A stretch of DNA of 64,000 nt from Paragordius varius (taxonomy: Eukaryota; Animalia; Nematomorpha). The stretch covers positions 7,254,001 to 7,318,000 of the forward strand of contig OZ176053.1 in assembly GCA_964247055.1 (NCBI GenBank). Reading direction: 5' to 3'. The notes under the pieces were generated by a model, which was not told the origin of the DNA, ran no database searches, and worked only from the letters and a program-made list of their open reading frames with translations. Made by a program: the position numbers and the translations under genes. Below are positions 12,043 through 25,500 of the stretch, piece by piece. How positions within the stretch are numbered: the first letter of the stretch is position 1; each line of letters begins with the position of its first letter.

Positions 12043-15000
12043 ATGGTATCACACGAGAACATCAAACTCAACCCTTTTTATCATCGTCCCCATTGGACAT
12101 TTTATGAATATATTAAAGTATTAATATATATTTTATGCAGTTATTTTATATGTCTTTCACAATTTTGCCCTTTAAAATTATTGGGTCTATTGTTATATTT
12201 CTTGTATTGCATTTTTTTGTATGCCTTGCATATTGGTTTGGTTCTCGAGGAAAATCATTAAGCATGAAAAAAGATTATATTGACAGCCATATGATACATG
12301 AAAAACCATTATCCGGATTTATCTATTGGTATATTTTATGTATTATATAAGTTTGTTAGTGGATTACATAATTAATCATTTGGTAAGAGCATTACTGTGG
12401 GTGTGTGGATTTTATAACATAAAAATAAAAGGAAATCCCGATCCAAATGCCAAAGTTTTGGTTTGTGCCCCTCATTCTACATTTGCTGACAGTATAGTGG
12501 TTATGTACCCACGGTTAAAATCTATTGTAGCGAAAAGGGCAGCAAAAAATCTTCCAATTTTCGGAAGTATTTATTTATTATTATAATTATTTTACATTTA
12601 GCCTCCCAAAAGATATATTATTCTTCTTTTATGTTATGTTATATCGTTAGGGTTATTTTTGAATCAGTATTTTACGCCAAAATGTTTATCTCCAATTTAA
12701 CAATTTTTCATTATTTATACAATCGTTTGATTGTTTATGAAAAATGTGGACATGCATTTTAAATTGCTGATAAAAACTTTGTTATCTTTTTTATTAGTTT
12801 TTTCATTTACGATTAATTTAAACAGTATTACAATTGTTCAATATTATAAAGCCTACAGCTTATATTAAACTGTATTTTTTTCTATCCGACTGTTTTATAT
12901 GTATCGAATTAAGCTCTCTTTGTAAAAATATTTGAAAATAATTAACTAATAGTATGATTGCTCATTTTTTAATTGTTCTTTTTGATTTAGCATTATTGAC
13001 TTTTATCCAACCAATATGGGTCGAAAGAGGGGAATCCAAATCCAGAAAAGTTGCTCTTCAAACTATAAGTAATCGTGTACATGCTATGGACATTGAGTCT
13101 GAAAACGAAGAGAATCAAAGCAATGGTACAACAAGTATAAACAAATATTATAGTATTTAATAATTTTTTCCCGCATTAATTATGGTTTTTTGGGTCATTT
13201 TCTATACAATTCTATCAAAGTATTTAAAGTTATTTTCGTAAAATGTTTTTTTAAGATTTGTTTAGTTAAGTTTTTTTGAAGTCAAACAAGGGCTGGTATT
13301 TATCATCATTATTATATCCCAATATAATATTTGCACTATTTATTCATGTAATTATATGAACCCTTATATAATTAATTAATTACGAGCACTCTTTTTACAT
13401 TTGCGAATTGTTAATTGAATGATTGTTGAATTATATACCCAATTATATAAATCAAAAATAATAGAGGTTCATAACGGAAACTTTGACACACATCAATCAT
13501 GTAATGCCCAAATTTTAAAACGACGAAATTCTTTACGTTGTCAAGAGAAATGGCCACAAATTTGTATATTTCCTGAAGGAACTTGTACCAACCGCAAAGC
13601 ACTGATTCCATTTAAAAAAGGTTTTAATTTTTCTCCTCTATCAAAAAAATATTTTATGATTTTTTTTAACTTCCCATTAATGAACATATTTAACCATTTT
13701 GTTTTCACGAATCTATAGTTATTGCAATTTTGGATTAGAAAAACCGGTTTGAATATGAATTAGGGTAAATCAACGAAATTTTGGCTTTTATTTGTCATAA
13801 CTTTTAAACAAATGTTCAAATTTTTATGTTATAATGATTTAGGTGCATTTTTTCCCGGTCATCCAGTGCAACCCGTGTGCATCAGATACACAAACAAATT
13901 TGTAATTTCTAAACTTTACTTTAGAACACTAGATTTTTTAATTTTCTATATACTCTCCAAATTTTATATGCATTCTAGTTATCTTATTTTAAGCTTGTCA
14001 TTATAAATATTGTTTAGAAATAATTGATATCCCAATATAATTACACCAAATTTTTTACTGTGTTGTAATTTGTTTTTAAAAAGTACCATAAAAATATATT
14101 GTTAAAACTATCTATCTAAAATATTTTTCAACATTATCTAGGATTGTTTAACTTGGACGTGGGATGGACCGCATACGTAACGCTTTTATTTTTTATATGA
14201 AAGAGTTATTTTAATAACCATTCATTAATTATAATATTAACTTTTATTTCATGTATGTATTTAACATATAGTTTGTTGGTTATATGGTGGTCCTTATGTC
14301 AATTCCAACTATCCATAACACTTGAGGTAAATTATTTTTATTTTTGTGTGCTATATAAATGGGATGAAAATGTCATGATTTGCCATTAATCCCTGACATC
14401 TTTTTATATTTTTATTAAATAGTTTCTAATATTCATATTTAACATGGTTGCTTTAATCCTACTATATGATTTAGTTATTCATTAAATGATTTTATAATGT
14501 ATTATTTAGTAACTAGTGTATGTTAACGTATTTTAATAAAATTATATCCGAATCATCTTTTTTTTATATGTTCGAAAACTTTTAGGGCAATATAATAGCA
14601 TCTATAACATATATGTATTTATAATTTGATTTAGTATCTTTCAACTTATTATCCTTCCAAAGAAGAACGCCAAGATCCCAATTTATTTGCTCAAAATGTG
14701 CGTGAATTGATGGCTAAGTAAGATAATTAAATACAATGATTTTCTTAAAATGAAGCTTTATTAGGATTAGATTTGACTGTTATCCGTGACTAATTTAAGT
14801 TTAGTATAAATATGTAAAATCTTTAAAATTCCAAGTCATGTTTTCAATATGTTAAAACCACTATTATGATTGCTTATCGTTTTGTTTATGTTCACCATAT
14901 ATTTACATTTCATGTCATAATCGAATGGTTATAACTGTAAATGACTGCATTATAAGCGGTTAGGCTGGTTAATTTTTGACTGGCCGAAACCCATTTCTAT

Positions 15001-16378
15001 TCACTATTTTAATAGCACTATGTATGCTAAATTAATTCCCTAATTCGCTTTGTTTTACATATATTGCATTTTTCGTCGTTGTTTGATTTATTATCGCGAA
15101 TGATTACATTTATAAGCGGTACTACCAGTTATTTAAAAAATTTAATTGGTCAAAACCCAAGCCCTACTAGTAATTATAATTATTTGATTATATTTATACG
15201 ACAGACACCTCAATATCCCTTTAAGTGATTACACCTATGAAGATGTGCGAAATGATTGGGAAAAAACTCAATCAATAAAACGATTTCGTTTGATTCAATC
15301 GGTTAAGGACGATTATACAAACAACAAATATATATCATGTCTTTTAAAGCTCATTACGAAATTTTCGGCTCATATATCTGCATTGACACTATTCAAAAAT
15401 AGACACCACGAGGTGTCTTACGTTATTTCTGAACAAAATGATCTGAATATAACAAATTTTACACACATTAACAATTGTGATAATGATAAAACTGTGATAA
15501 ATTTCATTATAAACCAAAAATGTCTCAATAACCACTCATTAGCTGGTTGTAAAGCCAAAATTGAAAAATGTTTGGATACCTTTTCAGTGCATAAGGCAAT
15601 GCCTCCTGATAAATTACGATCATTATGGATAAAATTTTACCAATCCCTAAACATCTCTAATCCAAAAGTATGATTATCTTGTTTAGAAACTAATTATTTA
15701 TTAGTATGACATGTCTTTTAATATTTTTTCAAATAATGCGACTTTTTAATGTTGTTAAACATGAAAATTAGTCACATCAACCTTACGACCAGATTAATTA
15801 TATTTATGATAAATTAAGTTTTTTTATGTTATATACAAATTATATAATTTGCAATAGATATCATCCATTCATTTAGATCTCATTACTCAAAGTTTTCAAA
15901 TTTTGCAGTTTAGAAAATACCTAAAAACGGTACAATATTATTGATTTTAATTTCATATACATTATTCTATATTTCATTTTTTAAGTGTTTCTTTTTTTAA
16001 AAAAATTATAATAATTAAATTATATTATAATGAAATCATTTAATTTTCATTCCATTGTTAGAAGGATGATAATAGCCAAAGTTCAGTTGCTAAACATATA
16101 AACGGAGAATTAAGCCAATCTTACAGTGATAAAGCTAATCTTGATCTTGATGTATTTTTAGGTTACAACATTAATTATTTTATAACCCCTTGACATATAT
16201 ATATAAATTTATATTACTTATGTGTTTAGCTGATCTTCAAAATCAACTCATAAATATTTTTGGGCAAACAGCTTTCGATCTAATTAGTCAAGAAATGTAT
16301 GATGGTTTAATTGAATACCTATCTAATGATAAACTCCATGGAAATGGTATACTTGACAAAAAAACAAAAGCAGCATAA
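12043..16378 (+). CDS. LPCAT: Lysophosphatidylcholine acyltransferase (LPCAT1/2-like), 13 exons, about 597 aa
   Basis: Exons 12043-12117, 12141-12328, 12352-12566, 12991-13134, 13465-13620, 13843-13901, 14142-14176, 14272-14326, 14635-14717, 15205-15667, 15858-15929, 16062-16161, 16230-16378 join in frame (1794 nt). Motifs PHSTFAD (HX4D), WPQICIFPEGTCTNRKAL, GAFFPGHPVQPVCIRY, DCLTWTW, DPNLFAQNVRELMA, SDYTYED. Confidence 0.93.
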
Positions 16379-16954
16379 TACAACTTTGATTTACATCCAA
16401 AAAATTGATCAAGTCCATTTTTATATGCCAAAAAATTGATTAAATTTTCAATGTGCTTTAAAGGGTGTCACAATATTTTATTTTGATTAGGGTATTATAT
16501 ATAAACATTATAATATAGTTGCATACTTGCAAATCTTGTCTTTATACTATGTTAGCAATTTTTATATCGCTTTTTTATGGTTAGCTTTTGTATATTTATA
16601 TCTAGATAATTAATATATGTAGTCAGTCACCTTACACTATTTTATATTAAGTATAAATATTCACATAAATTACAATTAAATGTGTCTATGATTTATAATT
16701 TTTTAAATAAAATAGTCTATAAATAAATATATTTTTGTTAAAATAATCTTATATCAACCAAAATCTTTTTAGATATATTTATCTATATTTTCAGCATATT
16801 AAGATATAGAAATATGTTGTACTTCCCTAGTAAATTAGAAGATTTTTAAGTAAAATATGTTTCTATTTTAACAGCTAATAATACTAATTTTTTATTTTCA
16901 TTTCTCTTTTAATATTTTTAATTTATACTTTAATTTTTTTAGTTTATTACTTTA

Positions 16955-16994
16955 TTTTTACGTTTGACAAAGATTACTTGTAGTAATCGAAAAT
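16955..16994 (+). repeat. Dispersed hairpin repeat family, copy 1 (TTTTTACGTTTGACAAAGATTACTTGTAGTAATCGAAAA)
   Basis: Near-identical copies at 17830-17872 (inverted), 60054-60092 and a partial copy at 40903-40928. Internal stem GATTACT/AGTAATC. Confidence 0.75.
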
Positions 16995-17829
16995 TCCCTA
17001 AATTAACTCAATTATAGCTGATAATAATTCCAATATTAAAAAGATAATTATTATTATGCATGTTGAAAATTAGCTGTTCAAAGATAAGGCACATTAGAAT
17101 TTGATTAATTCCTCTCAATATTTTGAGTAATGATAAACCCAAAAACATAATTAACAGTGGTTCATAATTTAAAAGAATTTATTTGTTCATCACAAGATTG
17201 CTTATTTTAACTGGGACCGTTTTACCATTAACCTTTCTTAAAACCTATTTAGTACCAAAAATTTCAAAAAAAAATCATTCATAAACCATTTTTAGAAATG
17301 AAATCGCGGATCCGTAATAAATTTATTTTATAATTTTCTTGAAACAAGGTAAACCTTATTTTTTTATTTGAGTCGACATAACCCGAAAATTATTTTGACA
17401 AAATATTTGTTTGGAACCGGAACGTAAATTATTTGAATAAGAACCATTTTTTTTCACTACAAACTAGAACTGACCAAAAACGGGACCAATTCTAGTCACT
17501 GCCTTCTAATTGACCATGAGGTTATTTTTATCTACATTCATTAGTATTTCGGAGTATCATAATGAAATATGAAGGATTGCGTGTGATTTAAATATCGGGA
17601 CATAGAATCCCTTTAAATTGCTTTTTATCCTTTCACGCCGTCTTAAGGTCTTCGGAATATTCGTTAACCCTTTTTCCTATTCTTCTAACTTAAATAAAAT
17701 GTGGAAACGATGCCATACCTTTTTTTTGCATAATTGCTTGTGTTATTTAGAGAAAATATTATAAAAAATAATATTTTGTTTTATTATATTGCAATTATAA
17801 TTTAGCTAAAATTATATGAATTTATTGTA

Positions 17830-17872
17830 AATTTTCGATTACTACTAGTAATCTTTGTCAAACGTAAAAAAA
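17830..17872 (-). repeat. Dispersed hairpin repeat family, copy 2 (inverted relative to 16955)
   Basis: Reverse complement reads TTTTTTTACGTTTGACAAAGATTACTAGTAGTAATCGAAAAT. Confidence 0.75.
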
Positions 17873-20501
17873 TATAATTAAAATATAAATTATGATATAA
17901 ACTAAAATTTAAAGTATAAAGTAAAAATAATTAATGAGATATGAAACTAAAAAAACATGTGTGTATTGTTATTTTTGAACAAACATATATTTTGTTTAAG
18001 CGCTATTCTTTAGCTTTTAACGGTGATTAACATTTTTAACCCATTTATAACTTTATTTTATCAGACAAATTAAACAAAATAAAAGCATATTAAAGTATTA
18101 TGCCATTATTTAAACTTAATTCTAAGATTGGTTTAAACTTTGAAGATAAATTGGCTTTTGCATCGGGATAAAATTTGATTTCCGGTGTTTTTATGTCTGA
18201 TAATAAATATTTTTGACTGTATAAATAATCTTACCATGCTTTAATATTCAAATAGCAGAGATTTTCTAAATTTTGTCTGTATTTTTTTCGGAACGGAAGA
18301 ATTTTTTGGTGTTGCAGGCCATTTCAGGTTTTCATGATAAAATTATTACAATTTATCGATTAAAAAAAGGTTAAATGTAGTTGAACTCCTTTTTGGTTTT
18401 ATCTTAAAACCTAAATAATTCTTAATATTAAATTGTATATTATTTGTCATTATTTTTATCTTGGGGTTCGAAACAATTTTGTTTTTTTAAACCCTTTAAA
18501 AAGCTAATAGAATAAAGAAATAATTATGTTGTCTACAATAATATCCACAACTGATCTGTAAATTTAATTTTTATATTAATATAAATAATAAATGTTACAT
18601 CTAAACTAATTGCATTATCTAAGATTTTTAAATTTTTTTTTATTAAAACTAAAATATGGAAGCTGTGCCCCTGCACGCCTACCTCACTTTAATTAAAATA
18701 ATTTTTTAAGTGCTTTGGAAAATTGGGAACTAAATTAGATTCACGCACTCTTTTAAAATGAAGTTACTATTAGCTTTGCGAGAAAAAGGGAAATCCTGTT
18801 ATTTTCAATTATATTTTATTTTTAATAAAGCTAAAAACAGACAAGTTTTAATAGAATTTCCCCAATTTGGCTATTCAAATTTCACATAATTATTATATTT
18901 CTAATCAAAGCACAAAAGCTGTTTTGATATGTTTATTGCGTACCAATTTATGATTTTTATCATGATTTATTAAAATATTTTATGCATTTTCTATAAAATC
19001 AATCAGAATTCTCGTTTATTGAAAATTAAAATATATCCAAACTTTACGATACAGAAATAAATTAAAAAAAATAAAAAGTATGTTAATCTCCATCTAAAAT
19101 TTAGAACATGTTACGAATTATTTTTACTAAAAATATTGGTTCTCTGGTAATAATTCTAAATATTTTTTTGCTTTGTAAGCTCAATATTTTGGTTTACTAT
19201 ATTATAAACAGCTTTTTCAAAATTAAAACCCTCTTATAACGATTTTAGATATACAAAATATGAAGACTTTAAATGTCGAAATAAGACAATTTTATATCTA
19301 TTAAATCAATCTTCCAAAAATTTAATACTTCCAATCTTGTGATATTGTATGATACATCAGAGGCAAAACTATTATTTAAATTTTTAAATATAAATCTTAA
19401 TATGATATCTTATTTAAGGAGAGTTTTGTTTATTTTCGTTATAGTCATTAAAGAGCTTAAAAAGAGCATTATAATCCTATATGTTTTCGCAAAGGATATT
19501 TTCCGACGCGTCCCCAAAAAATCTAAAAAATTTATATTTAAAATTTTGATAAATACTATAAATTTATTTTGATAATTTTTATCGCATTAAAAAGCTAAAT
19601 CTCAATTTAAAATATAAACTTTTGTATTATACCTCTTGTCACTTTTTACGGGTTAACCGTTGAGTGTGACTTAACCCTAGGTTAGTTAAAAATGTTTTTT
19701 TAGCCATAACGATTAGCAAATATGAATTTTACATGAGTAATAATTTTTAAATAGTATCATTTTTATATTTTTACGCGAAACTTCTTTTTATTAGCGAGTA
19801 TAACGTCTTACAAAAAAATATATATGCTGTATAAGAGTGGCCATAATCCGTGTAAGAATTAATATAAAAAAATTAAATTACGTAATGTTTAATAAAATCT
19901 ATTATCCCACAAACAAAATAATTCCCGTAAAAAAGTACACCTTTTTCCGTTTATTATTTATATTAATTTATGAGGAATAATGGGAATAGGTGTGTATTCT
20001 AAGCGCAATTTTTTACAGGTTAAATCTTAGGAAATCGTTTTAATTGGTAGAGAAAATAAAAGGGTATGTATATGATTATATACAAAAAAATAGTAAATAA
20101 ATTAATAAAATAAGGGATTTTAAGTGTGTTTTTTTTTGCTTTCTTACCTCAACCAACGCAATTAATTTTAATCCCTAAAAAAATAATCTTGGAATTAACA
20201 CATTAACATCATCATCACCTTCCAACTTTCATTAATTTAACTGCAAACCAATTATAAATTATTGGTGTGCCATTTCTATCATAATTTTACCCAAATCTTT
20301 ATTTTATAAAAAAGGTGTAAACTGTGTATGCTAACATGGATTTTTATTCGCTATATTTATCAGTTATTATATGTCGTAAAATACAGAATGAAAAATGCTT
20401 TACCCCAATAATTAGACCAAAAGTTACATATGAAATAAAATTCTAATGATATCATATCTACCACTTCAATATAGACAGATAGATAGATAATTATTTTACC
20501 C

Positions 20502-22019
20502 ATGTATACTAAGGATTCATTATTCGTTCCTCAATCTTGTGTTATTAATGAACGTAATGCACGCATAAATTTCTTTTCCAAACTAATTGCCATTCTGGCT
20601 CCAATTGTGTTAGCGCTTGGCTTGATTGGGAATGGCATTGGTTACTATGCCGCTCAAAAGGATAACAGTGCTTATGTCCGAGTCCTATTAACCAAAGCAT
20701 TTTACGGCGTTAATTTAGTCAATCTAATTTTCATGTTATTGTACCCAATCATAGATGTTATAGGTGAAAACCAAGGAGCCAACTTTCAAAGCTCATATGG
20801 TTGGCAATTTTATATTGCAAACGTACATTTTGTCCTAGCTAAAACGTTGATAAATTTTGCTTTTGGTATCAGTGTTATCTTTACATTGTGCCAAATGATG
20901 GCTACCGTTTATCCCTTCCAATACAAACGCCATTTCACAACAACCCGAATCAGAGTTATGATAGCTTTTTCATTTTTTTATACAGCGTTTTGGTTTATTT
21001 CCTCGGGTTGGTGGTTTGATTTAAAAAGGATATGTACCGCAAATAATTATTCGGGTTTTATCGGGCCTATAAACATTACTAGAGCTAGCACAACTACGTT
21101 AAATGAGGGTCAAACGCTTTCACCCCGATATTCACGGCGATTTTTTATAGCTGAATCGGAGCGAGAAACGAATGGTTGGTTTGCATATGGAGTTATGCGG
21201 GAAAGTTTTACCAAATTTATTCCGTTAGCAGGGATTTTGATATTGAATTACGTTTCAGCGAGACATAAAAAACGGGTTTTGGAATGGAAATGTCGAACGA
21301 CTAAAGGTAATATGCACAGTAATTTAGTTACCATACCTCAACAGCATAAAAGTGTAAAAGGAGAATCAAATGTTTTACCCTTGACTAACAATAAAATTCA
21401 TCCACTTAGCAGCAATAAAGTTTTAAAAACATCAAAAACAAAACGCGAAACAACCTTGAGTAATGGAACTAAAGATGGTTTTACCACAGATATAAGTGAG
21501 AAGAAACCAACAACTAGTTCCTTTTTGAGTATTCCAAACTCATTGATTCCAAACATGGGAGGGAATGTGAATAATGCCGGTTCTTCCTCCATAATGGGAG
21601 ACAATGATAGCAACGTAAGTAACATCACAAACCTTTCCCAATACCAACAATACGAGGAAAAGAATAGAAAGAGATTGAGATCCATCAAAAATGAGTACAG
21701 ACTTAGTGTACGTATGATGATTATCATGTTAATTGAAAGTATCATATTTTTGTTCCCCTTTTCGGTTTACATGATGAGCCTAGACTTTTGGGAATATAAA
21801 TTGAGTGCTACGGCATCAAACTTGGTATTTTCTTGGTGTACCCTATTGGAATATCTTTATGTATCGATGAATTTTTATCTAAATATGATATTCAATCCGG
21901 CTTACAAACTAGATGTAAGGAAACATGTTACTGCCCTAGTGCGAAACTTATGCTCAAAATGCTGTAAAAACAACCAATTTTCATTTTTTCAACCCAGAGA
22001 ATCTCTTTCAACGCCATGA
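20502..22019 (+). CDS. Intronless rhodopsin-like (class A) GPCR, FMRFamide/peptide-receptor-like, 505 aa
   Basis: Seven hydrophobic segments, TM1 GLIGN, TM6 FLFP, TM7 MNFYLN followed by helix 8, and a long S/N/T-rich third intracellular loop. The ligand cannot be assigned. Confidence 0.85.
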   Translation: MYTKDSLFVPQSCVINERNARINFFSKLIAILAPIVLALGLIGNGIGYYAAQKDNSAYVRVLLTKAFYGVNLVNLIFMLLYPIIDVIGENQGANFQSSYGWQFYIANVHFVLAKTLINFAFGISVIFTLCQMMATVYPFQYKRHFTTTRIRVMIAFSFFYTAFWFISSGWWFDLKRICTANNYSGFIGPINITRASTTTLNEGQTLSPRYSRRFFIAESERETNGWFAYGVMRESFTKFIPLAGILILNYVSARHKKRVLEWKCRTTKGNMHSNLVTIPQQHKSVKGESNVLPLTNNKIHPLSSNKVLKTSKTKRETTLSNGTKDGFTTDISEKKPTTSSFLSIPNSLIPNMGGNVNNAGSSSIMGDNDSNVSNITNLSQYQQYEEKNRKRLRSIKNEYRLSVRMMIIMLIESIIFLFPFSVYMMSLDFWEYKLSATASNLVFSWCTLLEYLYVSMNFYLNMIFNPAYKLDVRKHVTALVRNLCSKCCKNNQFSFFQPRESLSTP

Positions 22020-22577
22020 ACTACAATAATAAACCAATACATTGATTTAATATTATTTTTTTTAATAAATGTGTATTATATATTAGCTGGCACTCTTGGG
22101 TTAATACATTTTGGTGTGGGTGATGACTCGTATCTTAATATTAAAGTTTTTGTTTTTTCAAAAAAAATATTCAGTTTCATCCAATAAAATCATCAAACTT
22201 AAATACATTTTACATAGTAAACATTCTTATTTGATTAAAAAGTACTGGTTCTACCTAATTAACCTTGATTCAACAAATATTGATTCTGTTCTGGTAAACA
22301 CATGATGTAAGTGATGTTATTGACATTGATTACAAAACCTTAGCTTTATTATTTGGGAAAACAGGGCTAAAGATTTCATTAATGCATCATAAATAATGTT
22401 TTTAAGATATTTATAAATAATTTATATTTTTTCAATCTTTGTTTATAATAAACATGCGACATGAGTATAAAATTTGTAATAAAATAAATAAATATACATC
22501 TAAGGATAAAAATACAAAGTTACAAACTATATTTAATTATACAAGAAAAAAAATTGCAAACAGAAAGGAATATCAAA

Positions 22578-25500
22578 TTAAATGGTATAAATATGAATGG
22601 CCATGGTTGATTGCACTTCCATTTTGCTTAATTTAAATTGCAGTTTAGTGATCCATTCAAGAAATTTGATGGAAAAATAAAAATCATTCGTATTAAGTTC
22701 AATCTGAGGGGCCCAACTTAGAGCCTTATGTAACCGTATTCTAAGATGACTTGGCATCTAAAAATTATATGAATCAAATATTTTTTATACACATAAATAT
22801 TTCCAATTGTGATTATCAAAAATATGATATGCCTAGTTGTTTTGTTTATTTGAACCATAAAAGATCTATTAAAAAAAATTCAATGCGTTAAAATTAACAG
22901 ATATATATAAATATAATTTTTTATTAATAATAAACGCTCCAGTATGTTATAAAATAATTTTAGTATAAATACTTGGTCTTGATAATGTAACAATGGCCGC
23001 AACAAAGGAAACAATTTAATCAAGGAGGAAGAATTTATTTCTTGAAGCGTTTCTATGATACTTAATAAATGCAAACTGACCATCTCAGGATACTAAAAAA
23101 TTATAATAGTTAAATTATGAAATTATGCAAAAAATAAGCCTCATATAAATAAAAATATTTTATTTTTCTCGAAAACCCGTTGTTTTTTGTTAGCAAAATT
23201 AATGTATCTTTTCTAACCCATTTAATTCATTCATTAGCCAAAATCTAGATAAAGTTCTCCATAAATAACTCATCCATAAATATATACTAGGAAGAAAAAA
23301 CCCCACTTAAACCTAAATTGGCTCTAATAGCCAATTTTTAAACTTGAATTCTTTAATTATACGATCTCTGTTCTTTAAACTATTCTTTAAAAATTACCGA
23401 GAAAAATCGAATATATAAAATTTTTACCTATGAATACTTATTTCACCTTTTAATAGATCAAATATATATCGAAATTCAAAAATGTATGCGTTTAAATTAT
23501 ATTTTAATTGGAATTGAAAGAATTGATTCTATTATGGAAATATATAATCTTAACATATTTAATGACAAAATTACCTCCGGAAAATTATAATTTACAATGA
23601 TATGAAATATTGTATATTATATAAAACTGTTTTTGACATGGTAACAAATTGAATAAGGCCTGGTATTATTTGGCACCAAAAGCTTAAAAGCGAGTTTTCA
23701 GCATGATAGCTGTATTCATTTTCAAAGCCATACAAACCAATGATAAATTCATTGTACACTGTCCAAATCTAAAATCAATGATGAATAATTTTGGTATATT
23801 ATTATAATGCGTGCTCCATTAAACCGATTTTTATGAAAAAACCCATGATTACAAATATATATATATATATATATATATGTATAATGTCAATTCATGAAAT
23901 AAATTAAACTCAATTTATATTCAGAACTTTGCATTTCTATGTTTGTAGTAAAAAACTGATTATCTTTCGCATAAAGATTTTTATTAATTAATTCCTACCC
24001 AATAATATTTAAAAAATACAGAATACTGAAGAACCATATATTAACATACAACTGATTTAAACAAAAAACTGAAAATTATACAAGAAAAAAAAGTAATTAC
24101 CAAACACAAAAAGAACCCAAAGAATAAAGAAGTTGTATGCAATATATTAGAGGATGCATATTCAGGAAACTTGGCAAATAAATTGAGGATTAAATCCGAA
24201 ATTTTAGCATGATGATCCAACAAAAACGGTTGACAGACTAAAGCTCCCCCAGCGTGTGGTTTATTTAAATTCAAAATTTGCAATGTGCCAAGCAATGTCC
24301 AACTGCATAAACGGATATTTGTATTGATGTCATTAAATTCACGAATCCTATGTAAGCAATAAATGTTAAAATGAACAACTTTTTTAAATTTACCAAAATA
24401 ATTAATATTACATAGACAAAAATCAAATATAGTTATATAAAAATGTCATATAGGATGCACTTTTGCTTATTAAAAAGGTTAAAAGGAGTGCTTATCGGGA
24501 AACTCACAATCCGGTCAAAGTTGAATGCTAATTTTAAATTAACTGATAAATTAATTTTATATAGAGAGAGGTTTTATCGTAAATTTCCTAGTATATACAT
24601 ACATAATTGTACAAAAATATTTTTATTTGTGGATTTAATTTATTTATTAATATGACTACCAATTAAATTTTAAAATGTAAAAAATATATTTAAAACATAA
24701 ATAATATATACCCTTGTTGTTCAATGTTGATTGCCGCACTAGATAACAATGGGTTTGAGAGAGAAAACCCATGGGCACCAACTCTAAGCAAATTATTACC
24801 TTTATCACGCATTCCAGCTAGATAGGGAAATATAAAATTAATATATATTTAATTAAAAGTAATTGTCCTTATGGAATTGTTAAATAATTGCAACTATTTA
24901 TTAGGAATAGTCAACCTCTTTTCCGAATTTTGTTACGATAAATATTTGCCGATGCTATAAGAGATGAGCTCCTTTGTTTCCGAACACTAGCATTTTGAGA
25001 TCGCCGATTAGAAATACCAAAATGGGATGTAACATTGTTTTTATTGTTATTGTTGGTATTCGAATTCTGTGGGGGCAATAAAGGACCAGTATTGGGTAAG
25101 AGACCTATATTAGTGGGGGGACTTAGGGTGTGGGACAAAATACGTTTTTGATACAAAAACCCAAAATGATTCCTAAGCCATGCCGGTGTTTGACTAATCA
25201 AGGTTTTAAGGTCTATGTCAACGTAATTATACGATGGTCCACTTACTATAATGTGTAGAGGATAGGTAATACCTGTATAATGTACAAAAAAATATTTGGT
25301 TAATTTATAAATTTATCGGCAGATGCATATGTTTGAGTAATACGCTAATAGTTGAAAGGGTTGGGTACAGAGATTTATGGTCAAGGGTGGTTATCAAAAA
25401 TTAATGTTGTTTATTACTAAACCAAAAAATAAAGTTAACCCTTCAAATTGGGGTTAAAGAGATTTATAATAATTAATGCAAATTTGGTACACATTTTTTA

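Noticed and set aside
17500-18330. Slightly GC-richer patches that might be coding remnants
   Set aside because: All frames are interrupted and no recognisable motif was found.
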